From assembly GCA_903929765.1 (NCBI GenBank), contig CAIYVX010000104.1:2405-66404 (forward strand): a stretch of 64,000 nt of DNA, given 5' to 3'. The position numbers and the translations under genes were made by a program. This document shows, piece by piece, positions 37,120 to 49,159 of the stretch (positions are counted from its first letter, which is position 1; each line of letters begins with the position of its first letter). Origin of the DNA: an uncultured Planctomycetia bacterium (GTDB lineage Bacteria; Planctomycetota; Phycisphaerae; FEN-1346; JAACEH01). The notes beneath the pieces were generated by a model. That model was given only the letters and a program-made list of their open reading frames with translations. It was not told the origin of the DNA and did no database searches.

Positions 37120-37238
37120 CCCCAAGGGGGAGGGGTGAAGAAGAAGCAACAACAAAAGAAACAGCGTCCCCCAGCAGTGCTGGGGGCTTTAAAAGAAGAA
37201 GGAACAACAAAGACCACGGGCAAGATGCCCGTGCCACG
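37120..37238. repeat. composite REP cluster
   Basis: CCCCAAGGGGGAGGGGTG, CCCCCAGCAGTGCTGGGGG and CACGGGCAAGATGCCCGTGCCAC units; the last two recur in the same order at 45570-45638. Confidence 0.8.
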
Positions 37239-37310
37239 GTACAGCCCTGTTCCCCGGCGGCGCGCGGCCACTTGACGCATGGCTCGGGGGCGGATACATT
37301 TACATTTACC

Positions 37311-38513
37311 ATGAAAATCACGATACGGGATGTGCGGGTCATTCTGACGGCGCCGGCGGGGATCAACCTGGTGGTGGTCAAGGTGGAGACCTCGGAGCCG
37401 GGGCTGTATGGGCTGGGGTGTGCCACGTTTACGCAGCGGTGGACGGCAGTGGCGGCGGCAGTGACGGAACATTTGCGGCCGCTGTTGGTGGGGCGGGAGA
37501 TCGACCGGGTCGAAGAATTGTGGCAACTGATGTATCAGCATTCGTACTGGCGCAACGGGCCGGTGCTGAACAACGCCATCGCGGGGGTGGACATCGCCCT
37601 GTGGGATTTGAAAGGAAAACGGGCGGGGATGCCGCTCTACGATCTGCTGGGCGGCAAGGTCCGCGAAGGAGCGGCGGTGTATCGCCATGCGGACGCGACG
37701 GAGATCAAGGCGGTGGAGGAGCGGATTCACGGATTTCTGGCCGAGGGCGTGCGGCACGTGCGGGTGCAGATCGGCGGGTATGGGGGGAAGAGTTACGAGA
37801 ACGCGCCACCGCCGGAGGGGGCGCTGGCGGGGAGCTATTTCCACCCACGGCAATATCTGCGGGCGACAGTGGCGGCGCTGGAGAAGGTGCGGGGGACGTT
37901 CGGGCCGGGACTGGAACTGATTCACGACGTGCATGAGCGGCTGACGCCGGCGCTGGCGGTGGAGCTGGCGAAAGAGGTGGAGCCGCTACACCTTTATTTC
38001 CTGGAGGATTTGCTGCCGCCGGAGCATCTGGCGTGGTTCGCCAACGTGCGGCAGGTGTGCACGACGCCGCTGGGGATGGGGGAGTTGTTCAGCTCGCCGC
38101 AGGAATGGGTGCCGCTGGTGAGCGGGCGGCTGATCGATTTCATGCGGATGCATATCACGGCGATGGGGGGCCTGACGCCGGCGCGGAAGGCGGCGATCCT
38201 GGGCGAGTGGCACGGGGTGCGGACGGCGTGGCACGGACCGGGGGACGTCTCGCCGGTGGGCCACGCGGTGAACGTACACCTGGACGTGGCGTCGGCGAAT
38301 TTCGGCGTGCAGGAATGGTCGGGGTTCAACGAGGCGCTCGAAAATGTGTTTCCCGGGTGCCCGCAGTTGCGGCAGGGATATGCATACGTCTCGGAGCGGC
38401 CGGGGCACGGGGTGGACGTGGATGAGGCGCTGGCGGGGAAGTTTCCGTGCCAGGCGGTTACGGAGACGTGGACGCAGAGCCGGTTGCCGGACGGGTCGCT
38501 GGGACGGCCGTGA
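37311..38513 (+). CDS. enolase-superfamily sugar-acid dehydratase (RspA/ManD-like)
   Basis: YWRNGPV, DIALWDLKGK, HDVHERL, FLED, MGELF, TAWHGPGDVSP; preceded by TTGACG-N17-TACATT. Confidence 0.9.
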   Translation: MKITIRDVRVILTAPAGINLVVVKVETSEPGLYGLGCATFTQRWTAVAAAVTEHLRPLLVGREIDRVEELWQLMYQHSYWRNGPVLNNAIAGVDIALWDLKGKRAGMPLYDLLGGKVREGAAVYRHADATEIKAVEERIHGFLAEGVRHVRVQIGGYGGKSYENAPPPEGALAGSYFHPRQYLRATVAALEKVRGTFGPGLELIHDVHERLTPALAVELAKEVEPLHLYFLEDLLPPEHLAWFANVRQVCTTPLGMGELFSSPQEWVPLVSGRLIDFMRMHITAMGGLTPARKAAILGEWHGVRTAWHGPGDVSPVGHAVNVHLDVASANFGVQEWSGFNEALENVFPGCPQLRQGYAYVSERPGHGVDVDEALAGKFPCQAVTETWTQSRLPDGSLGRP

Positions 38514-38531
38514 GAAGAAACAGAAACAACA

Positions 38532-38620
38532 CCCTCACCCTACCCTCCCCCAAGGGGGAGGGGTGAAGAAGCAAAAGAAGAAGAAACAGCAGAATGGTGC
38601 GTGCAAGCACGCACCCTACA
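38532..38620. repeat. REP cluster
   Basis: CCCTCACCCTACCCTCCCCCAAGGGGGAGGGGTG, plus a unit reading GTAG-GGTGCGTGC-TT-GCACGCACC on the minus strand (canonical GTAG-foot REP). Confidence 0.75.
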
Positions 38621-38637
38621 TTTGGAGAAGATGTTTC

Positions 38638-39516
38638 ATGAAGATTACAGTGACAGGGGCGGCGGGGCGGCTGGGGCGGGCCGTGGTCAAGGCGTTGCAT
38701 GCGGCGGGGCATCAGGTGGCGGCCACGGACCAGTGTTTCACGCGCGAGTTGCCGGTGGGTGTGGAGGTGCTGAACCTGTTGGACGCCGACGGGTGTTACC
38801 GGGTGCTGGCGGGGAGCGAGATGGTGGTGCACCTGGGGAATGTGCCGGGGCTAAATTGGACCAAGCCGCAACGGACCTATGCCGATAGTTCGGTGGTAAA
38901 TGTCAACGTGTTCCAGGCGGCGCTGGACGTGGGGGTGCGGCGGATCATCTACGCTTCGTCGATTCAGGTCGTCAACGGCAGCCGGACGCGCGATCAACGG
39001 GGCGGGACGATTCCGCCGTCGGTCCTGCCGTATCTGCCGCTCGACGGTCACGTGCCGGCCAACCCGGGCAACCTCTATGCTGCGGGAAAAGTGGCGGCGG
39101 AGAACCTGCTGGCGTACTATGCCAAATTCCACGGCCTGTCGGCGGTTTCGCTTCGGTTTCCGGTTCTGCTGGCCCCGGATGATGCGAAATACACCCTGAC
39201 CCAGGTGCAGCGCCAGGGGTTGCTGGACGAAGGATTTTCGTGCCTGGCCATGCCGGACGCGGCGGAGTTGGTGGCGGCGGTGGCGGCGGCCGAGTTGCCG
39301 GGATTCCGCATCTACCTTCCGGCGGGTCCCGGGACGACGCTGGCGCCGCAGAGCGTGGAGGAAATCGTGGCCCAGTATTATCCGCAAGTGCCGCGCCGGG
39401 GGCAAAGCGAGTACGACAATCTGGTTGATATATCTGAGATCACGCGCGAGACGGGGTGGCGGCCGAAGGTGCGGTTGGTTCCGGCAAGCCCCGGCATTGA
39501 CCGCGCCACGTCCTAA
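38638..39516 (+). CDS. NAD-dependent epimerase/dehydratase (extended SDR)
   Basis: TGAAGRLG, YASS, YAAGK catalytic motif. Confidence 0.85.
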   Translation: MKITVTGAAGRLGRAVVKALHAAGHQVAATDQCFTRELPVGVEVLNLLDADGCYRVLAGSEMVVHLGNVPGLNWTKPQRTYADSSVVNVNVFQAALDVGVRRIIYASSIQVVNGSRTRDQRGGTIPPSVLPYLPLDGHVPANPGNLYAAGKVAAENLLAYYAKFHGLSAVSLRFPVLLAPDDAKYTLTQVQRQGLLDEGFSCLAMPDAAELVAAVAAAELPGFRIYLPAGPGTTLAPQSVEEIVAQYYPQVPRRGQSEYDNLVDISEITRETGWRPKVRLVPASPGIDRATS

Positions 39517-39566
39517 TGCTAATCTAACCTCTTCAGACGTCAACCGTCACGTCCGGAGGATCGCCG

Positions 39567-40358
39567 ATGGCCATAATCACATTGTTGTCCGACTTCGGAC
39601 AGGAATCATTCTACCCGGCCGCGATGAAGGGCGTGATCCTGGCCCGGTGCCCGGCGGCGCGGATTGTGGACATCACGCACGCGGTTCCGGAGCACGACAT
39701 TGCGGCGGGGAGCTACGCCCTCTACGCGACGTACCGCGCCTTTCCGGCCGGGACGATTCATGTGGGCGTGGTCGATCCGGGCGTCGGCGGCGAACGGATC
39801 ATCCTGGCGGTCGAGCTCAACCGGCACATTTTCCTGACGCCGGACAACGGGCTGCTCTCGTTCATTCTGAAATCGTCGGCCCCGGAACGGATTTTCACGG
39901 TCAGCAATCAGGCCCTGTGGAACCGGGAAGTTTCGCCGACGTTCCACGGGCGCGACATTTTTGCGCCGGTGGCGGCGCACCTGGCTTGCGGCACGCCGCT
40001 GGAGGAGGTCGGCCCGGCGCAAAAGTCGCTGGTGCGGCTCGACATCCCTTCCGCCCACGCCACCTCTGGCGGCATTGCGGCGGAAATCGTTTCGGTGGAC
40101 CGCTTCGGGAACCTGGTGACGAACATTACCCGTGACATGCTCCCGGCGTCGGCGGAGGCGCGGTCGCGGTTGGTCATTCGGGTTTCGGGCCGCGAGATAC
40201 AGGGCCTTCGCCAGACCTACGCGGACGTCCACCTCGGGGAACTGGTGGCCTATGTGGGCAGCGCGGGATTGCTGGAAATCGGGCGCAATCGGGGTTCGGC
40301 CCGCGACATCCTCGGGGCCGGGATCGGCCACGCCGTCCACCTGGTTTTTCCGGAGTGA
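39567..40358 (+). CDS. DUF62 SAM hydroxide adenosyltransferase (chlorinase/fluorinase family)
   Basis: ITLLSDFG, DITH, VVDPGVG, PDNGLL, SPTFHGRDIFAP, DRFGN. Confidence 0.9.
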   Translation: MAIITLLSDFGQESFYPAAMKGVILARCPAARIVDITHAVPEHDIAAGSYALYATYRAFPAGTIHVGVVDPGVGGERIILAVELNRHIFLTPDNGLLSFILKSSAPERIFTVSNQALWNREVSPTFHGRDIFAPVAAHLACGTPLEEVGPAQKSLVRLDIPSAHATSGGIAAEIVSVDRFGNLVTNITRDMLPASAEARSRLVIRVSGREIQGLRQTYADVHLGELVAYVGSAGLLEIGRNRGSARDILGAGIGHAVHLVFPE

Positions 40359-40377
40359 GCCGCGACAGGGATTACCT

Positions 40378-42461
<2,084 letters not shown>

Positions 42462-42523
42462 TTTTGAGTTTTGCATTTCAACGGGGCAGCCAGAAATTCG
42501 GGCAGGGGTTGGCGTAACGAAGC

Positions 42524-42570
42524 ACACACTTTGGCCCGACTTCGTCGGGCTTCAAAGTGTGGCACCCGGA
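42524..42570. repeat. REP-like hairpin between convergent genes
   Basis: CACACTTTGGCCCGACTTCGTCGGGCTTCAAAGTGTGGCACCCGGA; variants at 45513-45560 and 63083-63130. Confidence 0.75.
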
Positions 42571-42598
42571 GCCATCGACTTTGACAGATTGTTATGAA

Positions 42599-45463
42599 TC
42601 AATCAAACATCAACGTAAAGCACCCACCGTTCTTCAACTCCGGCCAGACCTGCGGTCGGAGGCCGGGAATGGTTTCGCGGCGCAGGGCGAGTAGCCAGAC
42701 GGTACCGCGCGGGGGGCGGCCGCCGAGGAGTTTGAAATCGAGATGGAGGGCGAGGCGGCCGTCCTTTTCGGTTCGCGTCCAGAGGGCGGCGTTGCGGAGC
42801 CAGAGGGGACTGGCGGCGGTGGCTTGTTTGGTTATGTGCGGCGCTTCGGCCTCGACCAGCGGCTCGGCCAGGGCGGTCCGACCGGTGCGGCCCATGTCGA
42901 TGGTCAGCCACGCGCCCGGCGCTGATTTGGCATCGAATTCGAGCGTAAGGCCGGCGGTTTCCTCACAGACGGCAAGGGACAACTTTGCTCCCAGGTCAAC
43001 CGTCTGCTCTTTCGGAACCGCCTCCAGGCGCACGGCGGGGATGGGCGGCTCGCCGTGGCGTCCGGCCTGAATCCAGGATTCCAATTTGACCGTCGCGGCC
43101 CAGACCGGATCGGCCGAGACCTCCGCAGCCTTTAACGCCCGGCGGAGCGCCGCCTCATCAACTTTTCCCAGCGCCGCCAGAGAGCGATAGCGCTCAAACT
43201 GGAAATCCGCTCGGTGGGCAATCTCCGGGAACACTTCATTCAAAAACCAGAACATCGAAACATAGTCCTTACCGTCCAGATAGGGGTCTGCCGACTTTTC
43301 TGCCGCCAGAGGCCATTCCGGGGCCGCTTGACGATCCAGAACCCACTCCAGCGCCTCGGCTCGCCGCGGCCCCCATGGTGACGCCAACATCGACGTCATG
43401 AAAAAAACTTCATTCGCTTTCCTCGCGTCTCCACCCACCGCCGCCCGCCGCGCCAGGTCCATCAACAATGTTTGCGGTAGCTGTAAATTCAAATGCGGTA
43501 ACCCCCACACCTCTGTCCTCTGCCTTGCCGCCGCAAAGTCGCCGCGTTCCAACTCCGCCTTCATCAGCGGATAGAAGGCCGCAGTTTCGCGTTCCCACTC
43601 GGTCCGCTGTTGCATCCCATACGCCGCTGTCGCCGGAATCGGCCGTCGCGTTTCGGTCCCGCCGCGCTCCAGGTCTTCGAGCAAGCCGGATGATCCCGGC
43701 CCGGATTTTTTCGAGCCGACACGTTGATAGCCCAAAGATTCGGCGAGCGGGGCGGGCCATTGCCGCGCGAGTTGGGCCGCCATGACCGCGCGGACGGCGT
43801 GGCAGGCCCCGAAATTTTCCGAGGGCGAAAGGGGATTCACAGAGAGCGGGTAATCGCCTTCAGCGCCCGAGGCCGGACGAGTGGCCAGGGCGTTTCGGGG
43901 ATCGGCGAGCCACACCCTTATTTCAGAAACCTTCACGTTGCGAATGGCTGTTGGCCTCAACCCCTCACCCGGCCCTTGCGGGCCACCCTCTCCCGAGGGA
44001 GAGGGGTGAAACAACAGCTTCGCTGCTACGCCCACCAGCGACTCTTCACCATCCTCACTTTTCTCGCTCGGCGAGAGCACCACAGTCGGTCGCCAATCCC
44101 GAACCGCCATATACAACCACCCGCTCAAAACCATCGTGTCCTTCATCGTGAATCTTCCGTGCGGCAAGGCGGCGGGCCAGAGGAAGCCGGGCGGGCCGTC
44201 GCGGCGGGCGGAGCGATAGTCGCCCAGGACAAGCGCCTCGCAACCGTCGAGGGCAGCGGCGGCGTCGCGGAGTTTGCGTTCCGATTCGATCACGGTTTCG
44301 TCGGCGGGCATGGTGGCCGACCAGAGGATCGTGCGGTAGCCGCGATCGCCGCAGAGCATGCTCACGAGCGGCCAATCGCCGACGGAACCCCACGGCTCGA
44401 AGACGATCAGAGCGGCCCGGCGGGGCGCGCCGCGAACTGATTTCCAGGAACCGCCGCCGTCGGTGGTCTGGTAAATTGTGCCGAAAGGCCCGGCGGCGAG
44501 GCCGTTCCAGGCGTCGCGGAATGAGATGGCTCGGACCGGTCCGGGGGGCAACTCGGCCGGCCGTTTCCAGGTGCGGCCGGCGTTGGTGGTGAAGCGCGGG
44601 CCGTCCGGCCCGACGCTGCTGCACCAACCTTCGGAGGATTCGTAAAAGCTGAAATTCCGGCAGCCGAGCGGCGCGTCGCCGGCGGCGGCGAGCCACTTCC
44701 GGCCGGCGTCTTTGGTGGTCCAGATTCCGCCGCCCTCGAGGGCCGCGACCCAGTTCGCGCCATCGGCGATGTGCGCCGCCGTGAGCGGCGCGGGCGGGGC
44801 TTGCTTATCCAACCGCTTCACGCCGGTCGCGTCCCATTGCCAGCCCAGGCCGTCGGCGGTGATGGCGTAGCCGCTGTCGTCGTCGGTCCAGCGCGCCGCC
44901 ATGGGGAGGGCCGACACTTGCCCACCGAGCGCCGCCCATTTTTTTCCGCCGTCGGTGCTCAGGAGCAGGCCGCTGGGCACTTCCGGTCCCGGCGCGCACC
45001 AGGCGACGACGGCCTCGCCGCGCGCCGCCACGCCCCAGAGGCGACCGGTGGCGATTCCACCGGAGGGCGTCACGGTCGGGCCGACCGATTGCCAGGTCAG
45101 GCCGCCATTGACGGTTTTCAAGATGACGCCGACGGAACCCTGGCCGGCGCCGAGTGAGCCGCCGCCGACGGCATAGGCGGTGAGGTTTTCGGCAAAGGTC
45201 ACGGCAACGAGATGGGCGGCGGTGTGGCTCTGACGTTGCTCCCATTTTTGTCCGCCGTCGTCGCTGGAGAGGATCAGGCCGTTTTCGCCCACGGCCAGGG
45301 CGGTCGGCTTTTCGCCGGAGGAAAAGGCGAAGGCGTTGACGGGGAATTCGTCGGAATTGATCGGTGAATTGAGCTGGCCGCGTGCCGGGGCGGAGAAGAG
45401 GGCCAGGGCGGCCGCGAGGAGGGAGAGCCACACACAGCAAGAATTGATTTTCAGGTCGAACAT
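42599..45463 (-). CDS. secreted YCF48/BNR-repeat beta-propeller protein with a large C-terminal region
   Basis: Signal peptide; repeated S/T.DGG.TW Asp-boxes (SDDGGQKW, TVNGGLTW, STDGGKKW, TTDGGGSW). Confidence 0.75.
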   Translation of the reverse strand: MFDLKINSCCVWLSLLAAALALFSAPARGQLNSPINSDEFPVNAFAFSSGEKPTALAVGENGLILSSDDGGQKWEQRQSHTAAHLVAVTFAENLTAYAVGGGSLGAGQGSVGVILKTVNGGLTWQSVGPTVTPSGGIATGRLWGVAARGEAVVAWCAPGPEVPSGLLLSTDGGKKWAALGGQVSALPMAARWTDDDSGYAITADGLGWQWDATGVKRLDKQAPPAPLTAAHIADGANWVAALEGGGIWTTKDAGRKWLAAAGDAPLGCRNFSFYESSEGWCSSVGPDGPRFTTNAGRTWKRPAELPPGPVRAISFRDAWNGLAAGPFGTIYQTTDGGGSWKSVRGAPRRAALIVFEPWGSVGDWPLVSMLCGDRGYRTILWSATMPADETVIESERKLRDAAAALDGCEALVLGDYRSARRDGPPGFLWPAALPHGRFTMKDTMVLSGWLYMAVRDWRPTVVLSPSEKSEDGEESLVGVAAKLLFHPSPSGEGGPQGPGEGLRPTAIRNVKVSEIRVWLADPRNALATRPASGAEGDYPLSVNPLSPSENFGACHAVRAVMAAQLARQWPAPLAESLGYQRVGSKKSGPGSSGLLEDLERGGTETRRPIPATAAYGMQQRTEWERETAAFYPLMKAELERGDFAAARQRTEVWGLPHLNLQLPQTLLMDLARRAAVGGDARKANEVFFMTSMLASPWGPRRAEALEWVLDRQAAPEWPLAAEKSADPYLDGKDYVSMFWFLNEVFPEIAHRADFQFERYRSLAALGKVDEAALRRALKAAEVSADPVWAATVKLESWIQAGRHGEPPIPAVRLEAVPKEQTVDLGAKLSLAVCEETAGLTLEFDAKSAPGAWLTIDMGRTGRTALAEPLVEAEAPHITKQATAASPLWLRNAALWTRTEKDGRLALHLDFKLLGGRPPRGTVWLLALRRETIPGLRPQVWPELKNGGCFTLMFD
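43961..44009. repeat. REP-type palindrome embedded in frame in the YCF48-like CDS
   Basis: CCCCTCACCCGGCCCTTGCGGGCCACCCTCTCCCGAGGGAGAGGGGTG, related to the intergenic copy at 38532. Confidence 0.7.
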
Positions 45464-45511
45464 CGGCAAACTCCGTATTCTGGCTGGTGCATAAACCGAA
45501 AAAGAAGAAGA

Positions 45512-45640
45512 ACACACTTTGGCCCCGGCAAGGCTGGGGCTTCAAAGTGTGGCACCCGGAAGAAGAAACAGCGTCCCCCAGCAATGCTGGGGGCTTCAAA
45601 AGAAGAAACAACGCCCACGGGCAAGATGCCCGTGCCACTG
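45512..45640. repeat. composite REP cluster (three unit types)
   Basis: CACACTTTGG..CAAAGTGTGGCACCC, CCCCCAGCAATGCTGGGGG and CACGGGCAAGATGCCCGTGCCAC, separated by AAGAAGAAAC spacers. Confidence 0.8.
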
Positions 45641-45719
45641 TACGGCGCGGTTTTCTGGTTGACCGCATTCCCGGCACGGCGTATCCTCGTGGTTTGAGGA
45701 TAGCCGAGGATACCGCGAT

Positions 45720-45995
45720 ATGGAATCGAAAAACAAGGTCGAAATCGTCACCTATCTGCCCAACGGCTCGTTTTCGCTCGACGACGTGCGGCGGCGGCTG
45801 GAGCCGCACGGGGTGACGCTGGATCTGCCGGAGGGGGAAATCCGGTTCGTGCCGGACGATCCGACATTTCCGACGACAATTTTCACCAAGACCCGGCGGA
45901 TCGAGTTGCGTCTGGAAAGCGCCGAAGGGCCGCGGATTGAAGAATTCATCAAGGAACTTTCCGGCTGGCTCAAGGTCGGGTTCGAGAAAGCCTGA
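45720..45995 (+). CDS. small hypothetical protein
   Basis: GAGG RBS, upstream TTGACC-N17-TATCCT (45659-45687), protein-like composition. Confidence 0.65.
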   Translation: MESKNKVEIVTYLPNGSFSLDDVRRRLEPHGVTLDLPEGEIRFVPDDPTFPTTIFTKTRRIELRLESAEGPRIEEFIKELSGWLKVGFEKA

Positions 45996-46012
45996 AGTTT
46001 TGGAGCAGCAAG

Positions 46013-46579
46013 ATGGCGACGAACTGTCCCAACCGCGTGACACGCAGTTCTTCCTTCCTGGTGGTCATCGATATTCAGGAGGGTCTGGTCACGGTCGTGG
46101 ACGGCGGGGCCGGGGTGGTTCGGCAGGCCGAGCGGCTGGTCCGGGCGGCGTGGCTGCTGGGGGTGCCGGTGGCGGCGACGGAGCAATATCCCAAGGGTCT
46201 GGGGCCGACGGTCGAACCGCTGCGCGGGCTGCTGGGGGCGGAACAAATCATCGAGAAGCTGACCTTCACGGCGTGCGGCGCGACGGGCCTGCTGGACCAG
46301 TTGCGGGCGGCGAACCGGCGGCAGGTGGTGCTGACGGGGCTGGAGACGCACGTCTGCGTGGAGCAGACGGCGCTGGATCTGCTGGCGGCGGGGTTCGAGG
46401 TGTTCGTGGTCGCGGACGCGGTGTCGAGCCGGCGGCCGCTGGACCGGCAAATCGCGTTTGAACTGCTGCGACAGAGCGGCGCGGTGGTGACGACGACCGA
46501 AGCGGTGATCTTCGAGTGGCTGCAGGACGCGGCGGACCCGAAATTCAAGGAAATCCTGAAGCTGGTCAGAGACATATAA
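46013..46579 (+). CDS. isochorismatase-family hydrolase (YcaC-related)
   Basis: VIDIQE, TEQYPKGLGPT, GLETHVCVEQTA, DAVSSR. Confidence 0.9.
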   Translation: MATNCPNRVTRSSSFLVVIDIQEGLVTVVDGGAGVVRQAERLVRAAWLLGVPVAATEQYPKGLGPTVEPLRGLLGAEQIIEKLTFTACGATGLLDQLRAANRRQVVLTGLETHVCVEQTALDLLAAGFEVFVVADAVSSRRPLDRQIAFELLRQSGAVVTTTEAVIFEWLQDAADPKFKEILKLVRDI

Positions 46580-46585
46580 TTGGCT

Positions 46586-47587
46586 ATGGATTGGAATGGT
46601 ATCGACTGGGCGGCGCTGGAACGCCTGCGCGAGGGATTTCTCGCCGCGGCGGCCGCCCCCGGCGACTATTGGACGAGCGAGGCGCAACTGGCGGCCTACG
46701 ACCTGACGTTTGCGGCGCGGATCGGGTGGAAATGGGATTTTGTGCTGGGGGAACTGCGGCGGCGGGGTTGGTCGCCGCCGGAGGGGGCGGTGCTGGATTG
46801 GGGCTGCGGAACGGGCACGGCGGCGCGGAGAATGGTGGATCATTTCGGTGCGGGGGCGGTTTCTCAAGTTATTCTAAGCGACCGGTCGGGCCGGGCGATG
46901 GATTTTGCGGCGCGGCGACTGGCGGCGGAATGGCCGGCGGTGAAAGTGGTGCTGGACCCGGCGGCTACGGGGCCGGCCGGCACGCTGCTTGTGAGCCACG
47001 TCCTGTCGGAACTCGCGCCGGGGCAGCTTGAGGCTTTGCTGGAGCGGGCCGGCCAATGCGCGGCGGTGATCTGGGTGGAGCCGGGGTCGTTCGACGCGAG
47101 TCGGCGGCTGATCGCCGTCCGCGAACGGCTGCGCGAGCGGTTCGCCATCAAGGCCCCGTGCACGCACCAGGAAAGCTGCGGGTTGCTCGTGGCCGGGAAC
47201 GCGCGGCACTGGTGCCACCAGTTCGCCGCCTCGCCGGGGGAGATTTATCAGGACGCCAACTGGTCGCGGTTCGCCCGGACGGTGGGGATCGATCTGCGGA
47301 GCTGCCCGTTGAGTTTTCTGGTGCTCGACCGGCGGGCGGAGGTGGCGGCGCTGCCGGAAAATGCCCTGCGACTGCTGGGCCGACCGAGGATGGAAAAGGC
47401 CCGGGCGCTTTTGTTCGGGTGCGACCGCTCCGGGGTCCGCGACCGGAGGTTCCTGAAGCGGCGCGACGGGGCGACGTTTCGGTTGGCCCGGCATGGGGAA
47501 CTGGCTACGCTGCTGTTGTGCCGGCAAGAGGGGGAGGAGATTATGGAACTGGCCCCGGCGGCGCAGGGAAGTCGCACACCACGGTAA
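46586..47587 (+). CDS. Rsm22-like SAM-dependent methyltransferase
   Basis: VLDWGCGTG, VEPG, APCTHQESC....WCH cysteine cluster typical of Rsm22/METTL17. Confidence 0.75.
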   Translation: MDWNGIDWAALERLREGFLAAAAAPGDYWTSEAQLAAYDLTFAARIGWKWDFVLGELRRRGWSPPEGAVLDWGCGTGTAARRMVDHFGAGAVSQVILSDRSGRAMDFAARRLAAEWPAVKVVLDPAATGPAGTLLVSHVLSELAPGQLEALLERAGQCAAVIWVEPGSFDASRRLIAVRERLRERFAIKAPCTHQESCGLLVAGNARHWCHQFAASPGEIYQDANWSRFARTVGIDLRSCPLSFLVLDRRAEVAALPENALRLLGRPRMEKARALLFGCDRSGVRDRRFLKRRDGATFRLARHGELATLLLCRQEGEEIMELAPAAQGSRTPR

Positions 47588-47604
47588 ATAAAAAGCAGCA
47601 AATA

Positions 47605-49158
47605 TCAGTGAGTAGACGTGAAGAGGTCAGGGGTGGAAACCTTTTCTCTGGCCCGGCGAAGACCGTGAAGCTGGCACTGCTCGGCGGCTTCGATAGCGGC
47701 AAGGTCGCCGGAGGTTTCTTTAGCGAGGGCAACGAGATCGAGACGCCGCAGCACTTCAACAGTAATGGGACGTTTGGCATCCCAGAAAACAAAAGCACCC
47801 AACGCTTTGCGGGCGACATCGCTGTTAAGCAACCCGGCCAGGGCCGTGGCTTGCATCTGGTTCAGGCAAGGGATGAAGTAGCAGGTGTCATCCAAAACAA
47901 ACGGCCGTCCGTGGTACGGACCGACAACCGTAAAAGAGATGGTCTTGTAGAGTCCGGAGATGGCGACTTTCCACGGGGCGAAGGAATAATCTCCCACACC
48001 GAAGATGGAGAAGGGCGGGCGGCGCCTGTAAATGGAACTGGCGCGGCGAGAAAAGGCGGCTTTGTGTGCTTGCAAGTAGGCCCAGGTTTTTGGCGCATCT
48101 TCGGCAAGGCGAGCCGTGTCCTCGCCGACGGAGCGCTGGGGCACGATCATGAACCGCGTGGGCTCGCCGCCGACGCATTTGTTGAGGTGCGAACTTTTCA
48201 GCATTGGGTAAAGACAGGTATTCTCAAGGTCAACTTGCTCGCCCAGGCCATTCTCCAGCCGACCATTTTCGGAGAGACGCAGTTCCATTATGGAAGCACA
48301 GTCATGCTTGATGCCGGAGCGCCAAACCGGAGAATTGCCGGTCCAAAGCCTTCGCCAGCGCTGATAGGCCCCAACATTTGCCAGCAGCAGGCCATCCTCA
48401 TAGCCCCAGGTCGTAAAGGGTTGCCGGTCTCCAAAATCACGGCGAACATTCGCTTTTTCAATGGCCGCGGCGTGGTCGTAATGAACATACAACAAGCAGG
48501 CATCGACGGCAGCGCCAAAATGCCGCATGGCATCGATTAATACAACCTCGGCTTCGCCCAAATGATGACCGTGCCTCCAGGCATAGGCCAGCACCTTCCG
48601 GGCGACGGCGGTCTTGCAGAGCATGGCCAACGAGCCGCCGGTTCCTTCCAGAATATTCAACAGGCGAATGAGCATCCATTCCGAGATGTCGAAATTAGCC
48701 TTGCCAGTAATGGCCTCCAAGCCATGATGGCCTTGGAAGTTAGATTTTTTCGGGAGGTTGCTGCCGCTTAAGACGCCCACGTGTGCATTGGTGACCCACG
48801 GTGGGTTTCCGAGAATCAGAAAGGGCTTTGGAAGTGACGCAATAGTCGCTTCCCAGTCATAATCGAAGAAACTGGCGACCTCAATCTGGGCAAGGACGGA
48901 GTTGTCGGCGTCGGCCAAAGCCGAGGCCGCCTCAGAGGCGTAAGACGCCTCAATATCGACACCCCGCAGTTGCCGCAGATGGTGAAACTCATGGAGCGCG
49001 GCGACCAAAAAACTTCCCCGGCCGCAAGTGGGTTCAAGAACCGAGGCAAAAGAGGACTGTCGCTCCTTGACGAAGCGGCAAACGGAGGCGCAAAGGTCGG
49101 GCGGAGTCTGGAAGTCGCCAAACTCCGCAACTTCGGCGGTCTTGATCCGGCTGGCCAT
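47605..49158 (-). CDS. amino-DNA methyltransferase (gamma class, M.NspV-like)
   Basis: FGDFQTP, VLEPTCGRGSF (motif I), LGNPPW (motif IV); adjacent to an endonuclease gene. Confidence 0.85.
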   Translation of the reverse strand: MASRIKTAEVAEFGDFQTPPDLCASVCRFVKERQSSFASVLEPTCGRGSFLVAALHEFHHLRQLRGVDIEASYASEAASALADADNSVLAQIEVASFFDYDWEATIASLPKPFLILGNPPWVTNAHVGVLSGSNLPKKSNFQGHHGLEAITGKANFDISEWMLIRLLNILEGTGGSLAMLCKTAVARKVLAYAWRHGHHLGEAEVVLIDAMRHFGAAVDACLLYVHYDHAAAIEKANVRRDFGDRQPFTTWGYEDGLLLANVGAYQRWRRLWTGNSPVWRSGIKHDCASIMELRLSENGRLENGLGEQVDLENTCLYPMLKSSHLNKCVGGEPTRFMIVPQRSVGEDTARLAEDAPKTWAYLQAHKAAFSRRASSIYRRRPPFSIFGVGDYSFAPWKVAISGLYKTISFTVVGPYHGRPFVLDDTCYFIPCLNQMQATALAGLLNSDVARKALGAFVFWDAKRPITVEVLRRLDLVALAKETSGDLAAIEAAEQCQLHGLRRAREKVSTPDLFTSTH

Positions 49159-49159
49159 A

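Noticed and set aside
37100-37310. N-terminal extensions of ORFs 37107, 38344, 35752 and 45517 (HGQDARAT, KKQKKK peptides)
   Set aside because: These are translations of intergenic REP clusters; the true starts lie downstream
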